From assembly GCA_001768735.1 (NCBI GenBank), contig MEMB01000002.1, positions 556,696 to 620,695 of the forward strand: 64,000 nucleotides of DNA, read 5' to 3'. The DNA is from Alphaproteobacteria bacterium GWF2_58_20 (GTDB lineage Bacteria; Pseudomonadota; Alphaproteobacteria; UBA1247). This document shows positions 48,422 to 57,986 of the stretch, piece after piece. A model generated the notes under the pieces. That model ran no database searches. It worked only from the letters and a program-made list of their open reading frames with translations, and was not told where the DNA came from. A program made the translations under genes and the position numbers. The first letter of the stretch is position 1, and each line of letters begins with the position of its first letter.

Positions 48422-49731
48422 TTTGGCGCAGGCTCCGGAAACAGGTGCGGCTTGCGGATGAGTGTCCGTATCCTGTGGTCACTTCCCATTACGTAATGAT
48501 ATTGACGGGCCGCGTCAGCCACCCGCAGGAGTTTCATGGCCGGATTGCAGAGTTCAGGTGCATCACGCTCAAGCCTTCTGGTCTGCGGCCCCACCCGATG
48601 GCTGCCATCCTGATTCATGCCATCAAGGAACATGCGGGCAGCCGCATCCAGCACTTTCGCCCTTTGCAGAAACTGTCCGCGGGTAAAGCGTTCCTTTGCG
48701 GCTTCCTCATCCACCAGGGCATCCAGCGCATCATCATCCATGCGGAAAAAGGCGGCGGCGCGCGCGGGATCCTCCAGCCGCACCTCCAGCCGGTCGACCA
48801 CCGAATCCAGCGCGCCGCCGTTGTTGTAGATATTGTCCATGCGTACATAACCAGCCTTGCCATTCTGGATATGCCGCAGCGCCCGGTTGAGCGCTCCCAG
48901 CGAGCGCAAGCCCGCCCATGCCCGCGCCGCAATGGTGGAATGATGTTCCTTTACCAGCCGGACAACCTGCGAAATATCGGCCCGCAACTCTGACAGCGCC
49001 TGCGGCATGAGGTATCCGGACATCTTGGATTCATATATCTTCTCCGGATCAAGGGCGTGGCCAAACGCCTCATGATCAAGAACGGAATGCTCCATTCCTT
49101 CATCGGAAAGGGGCAAATCCGTTGCCACAACAAACCCTGGCAAATCCTGATTGCAAACGATCTGTACCGTTTCCTCGACAAAGGTCCCCGGAGGGAAAGG
49201 AACGGCAAAGAAAATCTTTTCCTCCTCCATACCAAACAAAAGTGATGACAGGGTAGGAATATCAAACGGAATGCAGCACGCCCCCTCGGTTTCCGGCACC
49301 TGTATTTTCAGCCTGGATGCCAAAATTTCCGCCATATCGTCCTTCGCAAGCGGGAAAAGGCCGCGCTCATCAAAAAAGCGCTTGAGGCGCGCCCGCAGCT
49401 TTTTCTCGTCTGGAAGGGTTTCCTCGCGGTCAATGACCAACACGTTATGTCCCTTGACGTTATGCAGGAGACGTCGATTAAAAGCCTCCACCACCTTTCC
49501 CTGCTGGGTTTTCGGGCGGAGGGGCGGCAGTTTCCTGGGAACGGAATCCCAGGTAAACCTGGCGGCTGTCATGAGACAGTGAAGGAAAACGCTTCCCACG
49601 GAAACTTTCAAGGCAAATACAAAAAGTTCCTGGAAACGATGCCACATTCCAACCTTGTCGGGAGGATTTCCGTCACCCGGTTTCCCCGTGCTTCCCTTGG
49701 CAAAAAACGCGCGCAGACGCTCAAGCACCAC
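48418..49731 (-). CDS. Hypothetical protein, paralogue of the downstream secreted protein ('HEAFGH...SELRAD')
   Basis: 437 aa with no clear signal peptide. Conserved block as described for 47423..48421. First gene of a four-gene minus-strand cluster. Confidence 0.5.
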   Translation of the reverse strand: MVLERLRAFFAKGSTGKPGDGNPPDKVGMWHRFQELFVFALKVSVGSVFLHCLMTAARFTWDSVPRKLPPLRPKTQQGKVVEAFNRRLLHNVKGHNVLVIDREETLPDEKKLRARLKRFFDERGLFPLAKDDMAEILASRLKIQVPETEGACCIPFDIPTLSSLLFGMEEEKIFFAVPFPPGTFVEETVQIVCNQDLPGFVVATDLPLSDEGMEHSVLDHEAFGHALDPEKIYESKMSGYLMPQALSELRADISQVVRLVKEHHSTIAARAWAGLRSLGALNRALRHIQNGKAGYVRMDNIYNNGGALDSVVDRLEVRLEDPARAAAFFRMDDDALDALVDEEAAKERFTRGQFLQRAKVLDAAARMFLDGMNQDGSHRVGPQTRRLERDAPELCNPAMKLLRVADAARQYHYVMGSDHRIRTLIRKPHLFPEPAPK

Positions 49732-49861
49732 ACAACCTCCATCCTTTTACAGATGCATGCAGCATAAAACCTCCCTTGAAATGCGCAAGCAAAAAAGGAA
49801 CAGCCCCCCATTTTCAGCTTTATCCACTTCACTTGATTGAAAATAAAGCATCTTTCCTTCC

Positions 49862-49876
49862 GTGATTGCAAATCAC
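49862..49876 (+). promoter_or_regulatory. Candidate CRP/FNR-family operator-like palindrome upstream of the PFOR gene
   Basis: GTGATTGCAAATCAC, an inverted repeat (TGAT-N5-ATCA) about 90 nt upstream of the por ATG. A second imperfect 'TTGATtgaaAATAA' lies about 25 nt further upstream. The spacing does not match canonical FNR (TTGAT-N4-ATCAA). Confidence 0.25.
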
Positions 49877-49964
49877 TGGAAAAGCCTTATGATGACCAAC
49901 GATGCCTGCCAAAAATCTGGCGGGCGCAAATTGTCAATATCCAAGGACAAGGCAGGACACGCAC

Positions 49965-52900
49965 ATGAGTGACACCAGCGGCATGATCACAGTTGACGGC
50001 AACGAAGCGGTTGCCTCTTCCGCCTACCGGATGAACGAGCTTTCCATCATCTATCCCATCACCCCCTCTTCCTCCATGGGCGAACACGCCGACGATTGGT
50101 CGTCCAAAGGTCGCAAAAACCTCTGGGGCGTGGTTCCCGGCGTTGTGGAAATGCAGTCTGAAGCTGGCGCAGCTGGTGCCGTACATGGCGCCCTGACCTC
50201 CGGGGCCATCACCACCACCTATACCGCATCACAGGGTCTCCTCCTGATGATTCCCAACATGTTCAAGATCGCGGGCGAACTCACCCCCTTAGTGATGCAT
50301 GTCTCGGCGCGGGCCATTGCCACGCATGCCCTGTCCATCTTCGGCGACCATTCCGATGTCATGTCCTGCAGACAGACCGGCTTTGCCATGCTCTGCTCCG
50401 GCTCCCCGCAGGAAGGCCATGACTTTGCCGCCATTGCGCAAGGTACCACCTTCAAGTCACGCATCCCGTTCATGCATTTCTTTGACGGTTTCCGCACCAG
50501 CCATGAAATCAACAAGATTGCGCCCCTGTCCGATGACCAGCTCCGCGCCATGATCGATGCGGAAGACATCAATGCCTTCCGCGCCCGCGCCCTGACACCG
50601 GAAGCGCCATCCATTCGTGGCACGGCGCAGAACCCCGACGTCTTTTTCCAGGCCCGAGAAGCCTGCAACAGCTTCTATGATGCCTGCCCCGGCATCCTCC
50701 AGCAGATGATGGACCGTTTTGCAACGCTCACGGGCCGCGCCTACCACTTGGTGGATTATGTGGGCCATCCGGAAGCTGAACGCGTCATGGTCATCATGGG
50801 ATCCGGCGCGGAAATCGCCCACGAGACGGTGGAATTCCTTGCGGCCAAGGGAGAAAAGGTGGGCGTGGCCAAAATCCGCCTCTACCGCCCCTTCCCGGCC
50901 GGGGAACTGCTGGCCGCCCTTCCGGCCTCCGCCAAGTCCATTGCCGTGATGGATCGCACGAAGGAACCGGGCGCCACTGGCGAACCCATGTATCTGGATG
51001 TCGTCTCCGCCTTTGCCGAACGCGGCGGAACCATGCCCACCATCATCGGCGGACGCTATGGTCTTTCCTCCAAGGAATTCACGCCCGCCATGGTCAAGGC
51101 CGTGTTTGATGAAATGGCCTCGGCAACCCCGAAGCGCCACTTCACCGTGGGCATCAACGATGACGTCACCCACCTGTCCCTTCCTGTGGATGCCAGCTTT
51201 GACATCGAACCGGACAATGTGGTGCGGGCCGTATTCTACGGCCTTGGCTCGGACGGTACCGTCGGCGCCAACAAAAACTCGATCAAGATCATTGCCGAAG
51301 AAGGCGATTCGTTTGGCCAGGCCTATTTTGTCTATGATTCCAAAAAATCGGGCGCCATCACCACCTCGCACCTGCGCTTCAGCACCCATCCCATCCGTTC
51401 AAGCTACCTCATCCACAGCGCGCAGTTCGTCGCCTGCCACCAGTTCCCCATGCTGGAACAGATCGATGTTCTGGGTATTGCGGCACCGGGTGCCACCTTC
51501 CTGCTCAATGCCCCCTTCCCCACAGAAGACGTCTGGGGACATCTCCCCCGCGAAGTGCAGGATGCCATCATTGCCAAGAAGCTCAAGGTTTACGTGATTG
51601 ATGCCACCAACGTGGCCCAGGCCAACGGCATGGGACGCCGCATCAACACCATCATGCAGACCTGTTTCTTTGCCCTGGCGGGCATCATGCCGCGCGATGT
51701 GGCCATTGAAAAGATCAAGAAATCCATTGAAAAAACCTATGGCCGCAAGTCTCATGAAATCGTGGAGAAAAATTTCAAGGCCGTGGATGACACCCTTATC
51801 CACCTGCATGAACTTTCCATCCCGCAGGAAGCCAGCTCCACCCATGGCCGCCGCAAGCCTGTGCCCGACACGGCACCGGAATTCATCCGCAAGGTTACCG
51901 GGGAAATCATTGCCGGACGCGGAGAAACCCTTCCGGTCAGCGCCTTCCCGGTGGATGGCACCTGGCCATCCGGCACCTCACGCTATGAAAAACGCAACCT
52001 TGCCCTTTCCATTCCCCTCTGGGATCCGGAACTCTGCATCCAGTGCGGCCGCTGCGCAATGGTGTGCCCGCACGGTTGCCTGCGCACCAAGGTGGCGGAT
52101 GCCGAAACCGTGGCCAAGGCCCCGGAAGGTTTCCGTTCAGCCGACTTCAAGGGCAAGGAATTTGGCGAAAACCAGAAGTTCATTGTCCAGATTTCCCCGG
52201 AAGATTGCACGGGATGCACCCTCTGCACCGATGCCTGCCCGGCCAAGGACAAGACAAATCCAAGCCGCAGGGCCATCAACATGGAAGAACAGCTTCCGGT
52301 GCTGGAACGCGAGAAGGCCAACTGGGCTTTCTTTGAATCCCTGCCATCCGTCCCGCGTGACAAGGTTGCGCTAACCCCCAACCGCATCATGCTGCTGGAA
52401 CCGCTGTTTGAATTCTCCGGTGCCTGCGCTGGCTGTGGTGAAACATCTTACATCAAGCTCATGACGCAGATGTTCGGTGATCGCGCCATGGTTGCCAATG
52501 CCACTGGTTGCTCCTCCATCTATGGTGGCAACCTGCCCACAACCCCCTATTGCATGAATGCGGAGGGGCATGGTCCCGCCTGGGCCAATTCCCTGTTTGA
52601 GGACAATGCCGAGTTCGGGCTTGGCATGCGTGCCGCCTGCGACAGCAACACCATGTTTGCGCAGGCACTTGTCCGCACCCTCTCCGAAAAGATCGGTTCC
52701 GATCTGGCGACGGCCCTTGTGGAAGCCGTCCAGCTTGATGAAGCCGGGATTGCGGCCCAACGGCAGCGAATCAAGACCCTCAAGGCGCGCCTGGCCGGAA
52801 TGGGTGACCTCCCCGAGGCCAAGACCCTTCTCTCCATTGCCGACAGCCTTGTGCGCAAGAGCGTATGGATTGTGGGAGGAGATGGCTGGGCCTATGACAT

Positions 52901-53531
52901 TGGCTACGGCGGCCTTGACCATGTCCTGAGCTCTGGCCGTGATGTCAACATCCTTGTGCTGGATACCGAAGTGTATTCCAACACCGGCGGCCAGCAATCC
53001 AAGGCAACCCCCATTGGCGCTTCGGCCAAGTTTGCCGTTGCCGGTCGGCAAGCCCCCAAAAAGGACCTGGGCATGGAAGCCATGTCCTATGGCAATGTTT
53101 ATGTGGCCCAGATCGCCATTGGCGCAAAAGGACCACAGACCATCAAGGCCTTCCAGGAAGCCGAATCCTTTCCCGGCCCATCGCTCATCATTGCCTACAG
53201 CCACTGCATCGCGCATGGATATGACCTTTCCAAAGGCCTTACCCAGCAGCAGTTGGCCGTAGATTCCGGCCACTGGCCCCTCTACCGCTATGATCCGCGA
53301 CGGTTTGAACAAGGCTTGCCTCCCCTCCAGCTGGATTCCAGCGAACCGAAGATTCCGCTGGTGGACTACATGCGCAACGAAACCCGCTTCCGCATGGTGG
53401 AAAACCAGAACCCGGAACACTTCAAGGTTCTGGTGGAATCCGCCGAAAAATTTGCACGGTTGCGTTACAGCCGTTACAAATTCCTGGCAGGCTTCACCGA
53501 TCCTGCTTCAACAAAAACAGAAAACACGTGA
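49965..53531 (+). CDS. nifJ: Pyruvate:ferredoxin (flavodoxin) oxidoreductase, single-polypeptide NifJ/PFOR type
   Basis: 1189 aa from ATG 49965. 'ITVDGNEAVASSAYRMNELSIIYPITPSS' N-terminus. Two ferredoxin-type 'CIQCGRCAMVCP' / 'CTGCTLCTDACP' clusters. TPP-binding 'GGDGWAYDIGYGGLDHV'. Confidence 0.9.
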   Translation: MSDTSGMITVDGNEAVASSAYRMNELSIIYPITPSSSMGEHADDWSSKGRKNLWGVVPGVVEMQSEAGAAGAVHGALTSGAITTTYTASQGLLLMIPNMFKIAGELTPLVMHVSARAIATHALSIFGDHSDVMSCRQTGFAMLCSGSPQEGHDFAAIAQGTTFKSRIPFMHFFDGFRTSHEINKIAPLSDDQLRAMIDAEDINAFRARALTPEAPSIRGTAQNPDVFFQAREACNSFYDACPGILQQMMDRFATLTGRAYHLVDYVGHPEAERVMVIMGSGAEIAHETVEFLAAKGEKVGVAKIRLYRPFPAGELLAALPASAKSIAVMDRTKEPGATGEPMYLDVVSAFAERGGTMPTIIGGRYGLSSKEFTPAMVKAVFDEMASATPKRHFTVGINDDVTHLSLPVDASFDIEPDNVVRAVFYGLGSDGTVGANKNSIKIIAEEGDSFGQAYFVYDSKKSGAITTSHLRFSTHPIRSSYLIHSAQFVACHQFPMLEQIDVLGIAAPGATFLLNAPFPTEDVWGHLPREVQDAIIAKKLKVYVIDATNVAQANGMGRRINTIMQTCFFALAGIMPRDVAIEKIKKSIEKTYGRKSHEIVEKNFKAVDDTLIHLHELSIPQEASSTHGRRKPVPDTAPEFIRKVTGEIIAGRGETLPVSAFPVDGTWPSGTSRYEKRNLALSIPLWDPELCIQCGRCAMVCPHGCLRTKVADAETVAKAPEGFRSADFKGKEFGENQKFIVQISPEDCTGCTLCTDACPAKDKTNPSRRAINMEEQLPVLEREKANWAFFESLPSVPRDKVALTPNRIMLLEPLFEFSGACAGCGETSYIKLMTQMFGDRAMVANATGCSSIYGGNLPTTPYCMNAEGHGPAWANSLFEDNAEFGLGMRAACDSNTMFAQALVRTLSEKIGSDLATALVEAVQLDEAGIAAQRQRIKTLKARLAGMGDLPEAKTLLSIADSLVRKSVWIVGGDGWAYDIGYGGLDHVLSSGRDVNILVLDTEVYSNTGGQQSKATPIGASAKFAVAGRQAPKKDLGMEAMSYGNVYVAQIAIGAKGPQTIKAFQEAESFPGPSLIIAYSHCIAHGYDLSKGLTQQQLAVDSGHWPLYRYDPRRFEQGLPPLQLDSSEPKIPLVDYMRNETRFRMVENQNPEHFKVLVESAEKFARLRYSRYKFLAGFTDPASTKTENT

Positions 53532-53542
53532 GGTTCGGGTCC

Positions 53543-54562
53543 ATGAAAACCAGTGTCACCTATCTTGGCCTTCCCCTTTCCTCTCCCCTGATTGCCGGAG
53601 CTTCTCCGCTGGGTCAGGAACTGGATACGCTCAAGCGCCTGGAAGATTCGGGAGCGGCCGCCGTTGTCCTCCCTTCCCTGTTTGAAGAAGAAATCAAGCA
53701 GCGGCAGAGGGAAACCATCACCTCGCTTGATGAGGCTCCGGCCTTCGAGGAATCCCAGAGCTTCTTCACCGAACCTCCCATGCTCAGCTATGGCCCGGAC
53801 GCCTACCTTGAACATGTCCGCAAGGTCAAGGAAGCCCTTGGCATCCCTGTCATCGCCTCGCTCAACGGTACATCCAACGACAGCTGGGTGAATTATGCCC
53901 GCCAGATTGAGGAAGCCGGGGCCGATGCCCTGGAACTCAACCTTAATATCTTTGCGGCAAATCCGCATGAAACCAGCACAAGCATTGAGCAGCGTCTCAT
54001 TTCCATCATACGTCACATCCGGTCTGGCTGCGGACTTCCGCTTGCCGTCAAGATTTCCCCGCAATTCACCGCCCTTGCCAACCTGGCTTCGCAGATGGAA
54101 GCCGTAGGCGCCCGTGGCCTTGTCATGTTCAACCGCTTTTTCCAGCCGGAAATCGATATTGAAAATCTTTCCATCCAACGCAAGCTGAAACTGTCCACCT
54201 CAGCCGAGCTTCCCCCGCGCCTGGCCTGGCTTTCTGTCATGTCCGGCACGGGAACCGGTCTTTCGCTTTCGGTTTCTGGCGGTGTGCATACGGGCGAGGA
54301 TGTCATCCGCAGCATCATGAGCGGCGCGGATACCGTGCAACTGGTGTCTGCCCTCATCAAGAAGGGGCCGGAATACATAGGCTTCCTCAAGGCTGGCTTG
54401 ACCCGCTGGATGGAAGAACATGAATATGCTTCCATTGATGCCATGCGCGGCAGCATGAACCTGGCACGTTGCCCGGATCCATCTGCCTATCTGCGTGTAA
54501 ATTACATGAACATGCTGCACAGCTGGAAATATGATCCATCTGCGCAGGACGCAGAAGCCTGA
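53543..54562 (+). CDS. Dihydroorotate-dehydrogenase-family FMN TIM-barrel protein (PyrD/PreA-like catalytic subunit without a ferredoxin domain)
   Basis: 'YLGLPLSSPLIAGASPLG', 'IPVIASLNGTS', 'ADALELNLNIF' and 'LSVSGGVHTGEDVIRSIMSGADTVQL' match DHOD class-1 family motifs. No C-terminal CxxCxxC. 11 nt after por. Confidence 0.6.
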   Translation: MKTSVTYLGLPLSSPLIAGASPLGQELDTLKRLEDSGAAAVVLPSLFEEEIKQRQRETITSLDEAPAFEESQSFFTEPPMLSYGPDAYLEHVRKVKEALGIPVIASLNGTSNDSWVNYARQIEEAGADALELNLNIFAANPHETSTSIEQRLISIIRHIRSGCGLPLAVKISPQFTALANLASQMEAVGARGLVMFNRFFQPEIDIENLSIQRKLKLSTSAELPPRLAWLSVMSGTGTGLSLSVSGGVHTGEDVIRSIMSGADTVQLVSALIKKGPEYIGFLKAGLTRWMEEHEYASIDAMRGSMNLARCPDPSAYLRVNYMNMLHSWKYDPSAQDAEA

Positions 54563-54584
54563 ACAACAATCCCAGGTAGCAGAC

Positions 54585-57500
54585 ATGATCGAACTCAATC
54601 TGGCCTTTGGCCTGCGTTTCAATGACCTTTATGAACGCGCAGGACTTGAGCTTCTTGATACAACTTTTCTTTCTGCCCTTCCCGCGCCGCTTGCCGAACG
54701 GCTGAAACAGGCGAGATCCGCACCAGAAACCCTGGCAGCGAAGGAAGAAAGCCAGCTCATCCTTGACCTTGCGGGCGAGATGGATGCCTTCATTGCCACG
54801 CTTTTCGGCATCACCGAAGACGTTCGGGAACTCCAGAAAGCCCACTCCGATCTTGCGCCCTTGTGGGAATGCCGCAAGCATTTCATCCTGCGCAGGGCCA
54901 CACGTGCCATCGAGCCCCATGATGCGGCCGAACTTGATGGGGGTGCCCTTCAGGAAAAACTGACTGAAGCTTTTGGGGAGGATTTTTCCGAGATCGCCTA
55001 TGCCCGTCATGTCATGGCCTGGCTGGAAAATGAAGCAGGTCATACCGATGAAATCGACCTTGCCATCCGCTATGCGGCATGGGCCATTTACACCCATGAA
55101 GGACACAAACTGCACAAGTATGGCGTCCTTTTCCAATACCAGAAGAAACTGGATTTTGCCGATCTGGTGGATTGCATTGAAACCCGCGAAAACGGCATTT
55201 CTGTCAAAAGAAGCCCGGAAAGCCAGAGAATTGAACGCAACGGCTTCGCGCTTCTGGACCACGGCTCCAGCCTCGCCAACGCCCTTGGCGAAACCAAATA
55301 CTGCTTGCTGTGCTGGCAGAATGGCCGGGATTCCTGTTCACATGGCTTCCCGGATCCCAAAACGGGCGCGCTCGCCCAAAACACTTTTGGCACCTTGCTT
55401 GAAGGATGCCCGCTGGGCCAGAAAATTTCAGAAATGAATGAAGCCAAATCCCGGGGCATGGCCATCGGCGCGCTTGGCATCATCTGCATTGACAACCCCA
55501 TGCCCACAGGCACGGGCCACCGCATCTGCAATGCCTGCATGAAGGCCTGCATTTTCCAGAAGGTGGAGCCGGTCAACATTCCCACCATTGAAACACGCAC
55601 ACTGAACGATGTCCTGTCCCTGCCATGGGGATTTGAAATCCATTCCCTGCTCACCCGATGGAACCCGCTCAACATCCGCAGGCCCCTTCCAAAACCGGAC
55701 AGCGGCTACAAGGTTCTTGTCGTTGGCCAAGGCCCGGCTGGTTATACCCTTGCCCACCACCTTCTCAATGAAGGCCATGCCGTAGCCGCTGTGGATGGCT
55801 TCAAGATTGAACCTCTGGATGCAGATGTGTGTGGCCGCAGGGAAGATGGCAGGCGCGTTCCCTTTTCGCCCATCGCCCATGTTGAAGACATTCGCGTTCC
55901 CATGGAAAACCGCATTCCAGAAGGGTTCGGCGGAGCATCCGAATATGGCATCACGGCCCGCTGGGACAAGAACAACCTCAAAATCACACGGCTCATTCTT
56001 GAACGCCGCAAGAATTTCGCCCTTTTCGGCGGCGTTTGCTTTGGCAGCACCCTGACCTTTGAGGATGCGCTGGACATGGGGTTTGACCACATTGCCCTGG
56101 CAACAGGCGCAGGGCGTCCCACCCTCCTGTCCATCAAGAACATCATGGCCCGCGGCGTCCGTCAGGCATCCGATTTCCTCATGAGCCTCCAGCTCTCCGG
56201 CGCAGCCTTGCCGGGCAGCTTGACCAACCTGGAAATCCGCATGCCCATTGCCGTCATTGGTGGCGGGCTTACAGCCATTGATTCCGCAACCGAATCCCTT
56301 GCCTATTACCCTTTGCAGGTGGAACGCTTCCTTTCGCGTTACGAAACCCTTGTCGCAAAAAATGGCAAGGAAGCCGTAGAAACTCCATGGAGCGCGGAAG
56401 AGCGGGAAACGGCAGAAGAATTCCTCACCCATGCCCGCGCCATCCGCATGGAAAAAGCCGCAGCAGACAAGGAAAACCGTTCGCCCCGCATCCTGGACCT
56501 GCTGGATTCGTGGGGCGGCTCAACCATTGTCTATCGCAAGGACATGCGCCAGGCACCAAGCTATACCCTGAACCATGCGGAAATTGAAAAGGCAATGGAA
56601 GAAGGCGTGCGATTCATGGATGAAGCAACTCCTGTCGCCATCAAGACCGACAGGCACGGCCATGCGGAAGCCCTTCAGGTGACAAGGGGGCCCTCGCGCA
56701 GCGCCCTGAGCATTCCGGCCAGAACGATACTGGTTGCGGCCGGCACCCGCCCCAACACCCTTCTGGCTGAAGAATCTTCGGGTATCCTCACCATGGATGG
56801 CCGGAATTTTGCCGCCATCAATGAAAATGGCGATCCCATCACTCCGGAACATGAATGCAAGGCTGGGGACGCTCCCGTTCTGGCAGCCAAAACAGCAGAT
56901 GGGCGTTTCATCTCCTTCCATGGCGATGCGCATCCAACCTTTGCAGGCAGCGTTTCCCGTGCCATGGCCAGCGCCAAGCGCGGCTATCCCGTCATCTCCC
57001 GTGTCCTTTCCAAAACGCCAGCCACCCCCAAAACGGCTTCCGAACTTTTTGGTAAACTGGATGCCGGTTTACGACCAACGGTTGCAAGCATCCGGAAACT
57101 GGGCCCGGACATGATGGAACTGGTCATCAAGGCTCCCATGGCAGCGGCCCATTTCCAGCCAGGACAGTTTTTCCGTCTGCAAAACCATGTCGTTCATGCC
57201 CAAACCATCCGGGACACCTTCATGACCATGGAAGGCTTGGCCATGGCAGGCGCATGGGTCGACAGGGAACAGGGACTTGTTTCCCTCCTTGTGCGCAAAC
57301 ATGGCGCCTCAAGCCATCTATGCGCCCTCCTCAAGGAAGGTGAACCTGTCGTACTCATGGGGCCTCTTGGCAAGCCTCTTGATATTCCAGAAAACACAAC
57401 GGCCTGTCTCATTAGCGAAGGGGCTTCCTGCGGATGCCTGTCCGGAATTGCGGAAACCATCCGGGAGAAGGGAGGCCGCGTCCTTTTCCTGGCCTCTGGC

Positions 57501-57986
57501 CTTGACACGCTGCCGGATTCCCTGAAAGACCACATCAAGAAATCGGCCAACACCTTCATCTCCGTTCCTGCCGGAAAGGACATGGTGTCGGCCCTTCTGG
57601 CCCATGCCGAAGGTAACGCCACGCCCGAGGGTATCCCGCTCAAGGATTGCGACCGGATTTTTGCCATGGGCTCCGCCCGCATGATGGCGGAAATTGCACA
57701 AGCCCGCAAAACGGTTCTGTCTGCCCATATCAAACCCGACCATATTGGGCTTGCCGCAATCAACGCCCCCATGCAGTGCATGATGAAGGAAATCTGCGCC
57801 CAGTGCCTGCAAACCGTCCACGACCCCAAAACCGGGGAAGAACACATTATCTACGCCTGCAAAAACCAGAACCAGGCCATGGATGAAATGGACTGGGGCG
57901 TCCTGCAGGATCGCCTTGGCCAAAACAGCCTTTCCGAAAAACTCACCGCGCAGTGGATTGACCTCTGCCTCAAGGACCTGACATGA
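54585..57986 (+). CDS. Multidomain flavoprotein: unknown helical N-domain + GltD/NfnB-like Fe-S/FAD/NAD(P)H module + PyrK/NfnA-like FAD/[2Fe-2S] module
   Basis: Cys clusters 'CLLCWQNGRDSC...GCPLG...ICNACMKAC' as in the GltD N-terminus. Dinucleotide fold 'KVLVVGQGPAGYTLAHHLLNEGHAVAAVD' and a second 'IAVIGGGLTAIDSA'. C-terminal 'FQPGQFFRL...LMGPLGKPL...CMMKEICAQC...C' matches the PyrK ferredoxin-reductase fold and its C-x4-C-x2-C-xn-C [2Fe-2S] site. Start chosen at 54585 (ORF opens at 54531). Confidence 0.6.
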   Translation: MIELNLAFGLRFNDLYERAGLELLDTTFLSALPAPLAERLKQARSAPETLAAKEESQLILDLAGEMDAFIATLFGITEDVRELQKAHSDLAPLWECRKHFILRRATRAIEPHDAAELDGGALQEKLTEAFGEDFSEIAYARHVMAWLENEAGHTDEIDLAIRYAAWAIYTHEGHKLHKYGVLFQYQKKLDFADLVDCIETRENGISVKRSPESQRIERNGFALLDHGSSLANALGETKYCLLCWQNGRDSCSHGFPDPKTGALAQNTFGTLLEGCPLGQKISEMNEAKSRGMAIGALGIICIDNPMPTGTGHRICNACMKACIFQKVEPVNIPTIETRTLNDVLSLPWGFEIHSLLTRWNPLNIRRPLPKPDSGYKVLVVGQGPAGYTLAHHLLNEGHAVAAVDGFKIEPLDADVCGRREDGRRVPFSPIAHVEDIRVPMENRIPEGFGGASEYGITARWDKNNLKITRLILERRKNFALFGGVCFGSTLTFEDALDMGFDHIALATGAGRPTLLSIKNIMARGVRQASDFLMSLQLSGAALPGSLTNLEIRMPIAVIGGGLTAIDSATESLAYYPLQVERFLSRYETLVAKNGKEAVETPWSAEERETAEEFLTHARAIRMEKAAADKENRSPRILDLLDSWGGSTIVYRKDMRQAPSYTLNHAEIEKAMEEGVRFMDEATPVAIKTDRHGHAEALQVTRGPSRSALSIPARTILVAAGTRPNTLLAEESSGILTMDGRNFAAINENGDPITPEHECKAGDAPVLAAKTADGRFISFHGDAHPTFAGSVSRAMASAKRGYPVISRVLSKTPATPKTASELFGKLDAGLRPTVASIRKLGPDMMELVIKAPMAAAHFQPGQFFRLQNHVVHAQTIRDTFMTMEGLAMAGAWVDREQGLVSLLVRKHGASSHLCALLKEGEPVVLMGPLGKPLDIPENTTACLISEGASCGCLSGIAETIREKGGRVLFLASGLDTLPDSLKDHIKKSANTFISVPAGKDMVSALLAHAEGNATPEGIPLKDCDRIFAMGSARMMAEIAQARKTVLSAHIKPDHIGLAAINAPMQCMMKEICAQCLQTVHDPKTGEEHIIYACKNQNQAMDEMDWGVLQDRLGQNSLSEKLTAQWIDLCLKDLT

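Noticed and set aside
47423-49731. Calling the two paralogous proteins zinc metalloproteases on the basis of 'HETLGH'/'HEAFGH'
   Set aside because: The spacing is H-E-x-x-x-H, not the zincin HExxH, and no downstream Glu or His third ligand is evident. I kept them as 'conserved motif, function unknown'.
50457-51389. 310-aa and other >100-aa antisense ORFs inside nifJ, the GltD/PyrK fusion gene (55428..56432), aspS (33927..34526) and topA (23786..24700)
   Set aside because: These are typical GC-rich antisense open frames. The sense-strand genes have unambiguous family motifs, and none of the antisense frames shows motifs or plausible starts.
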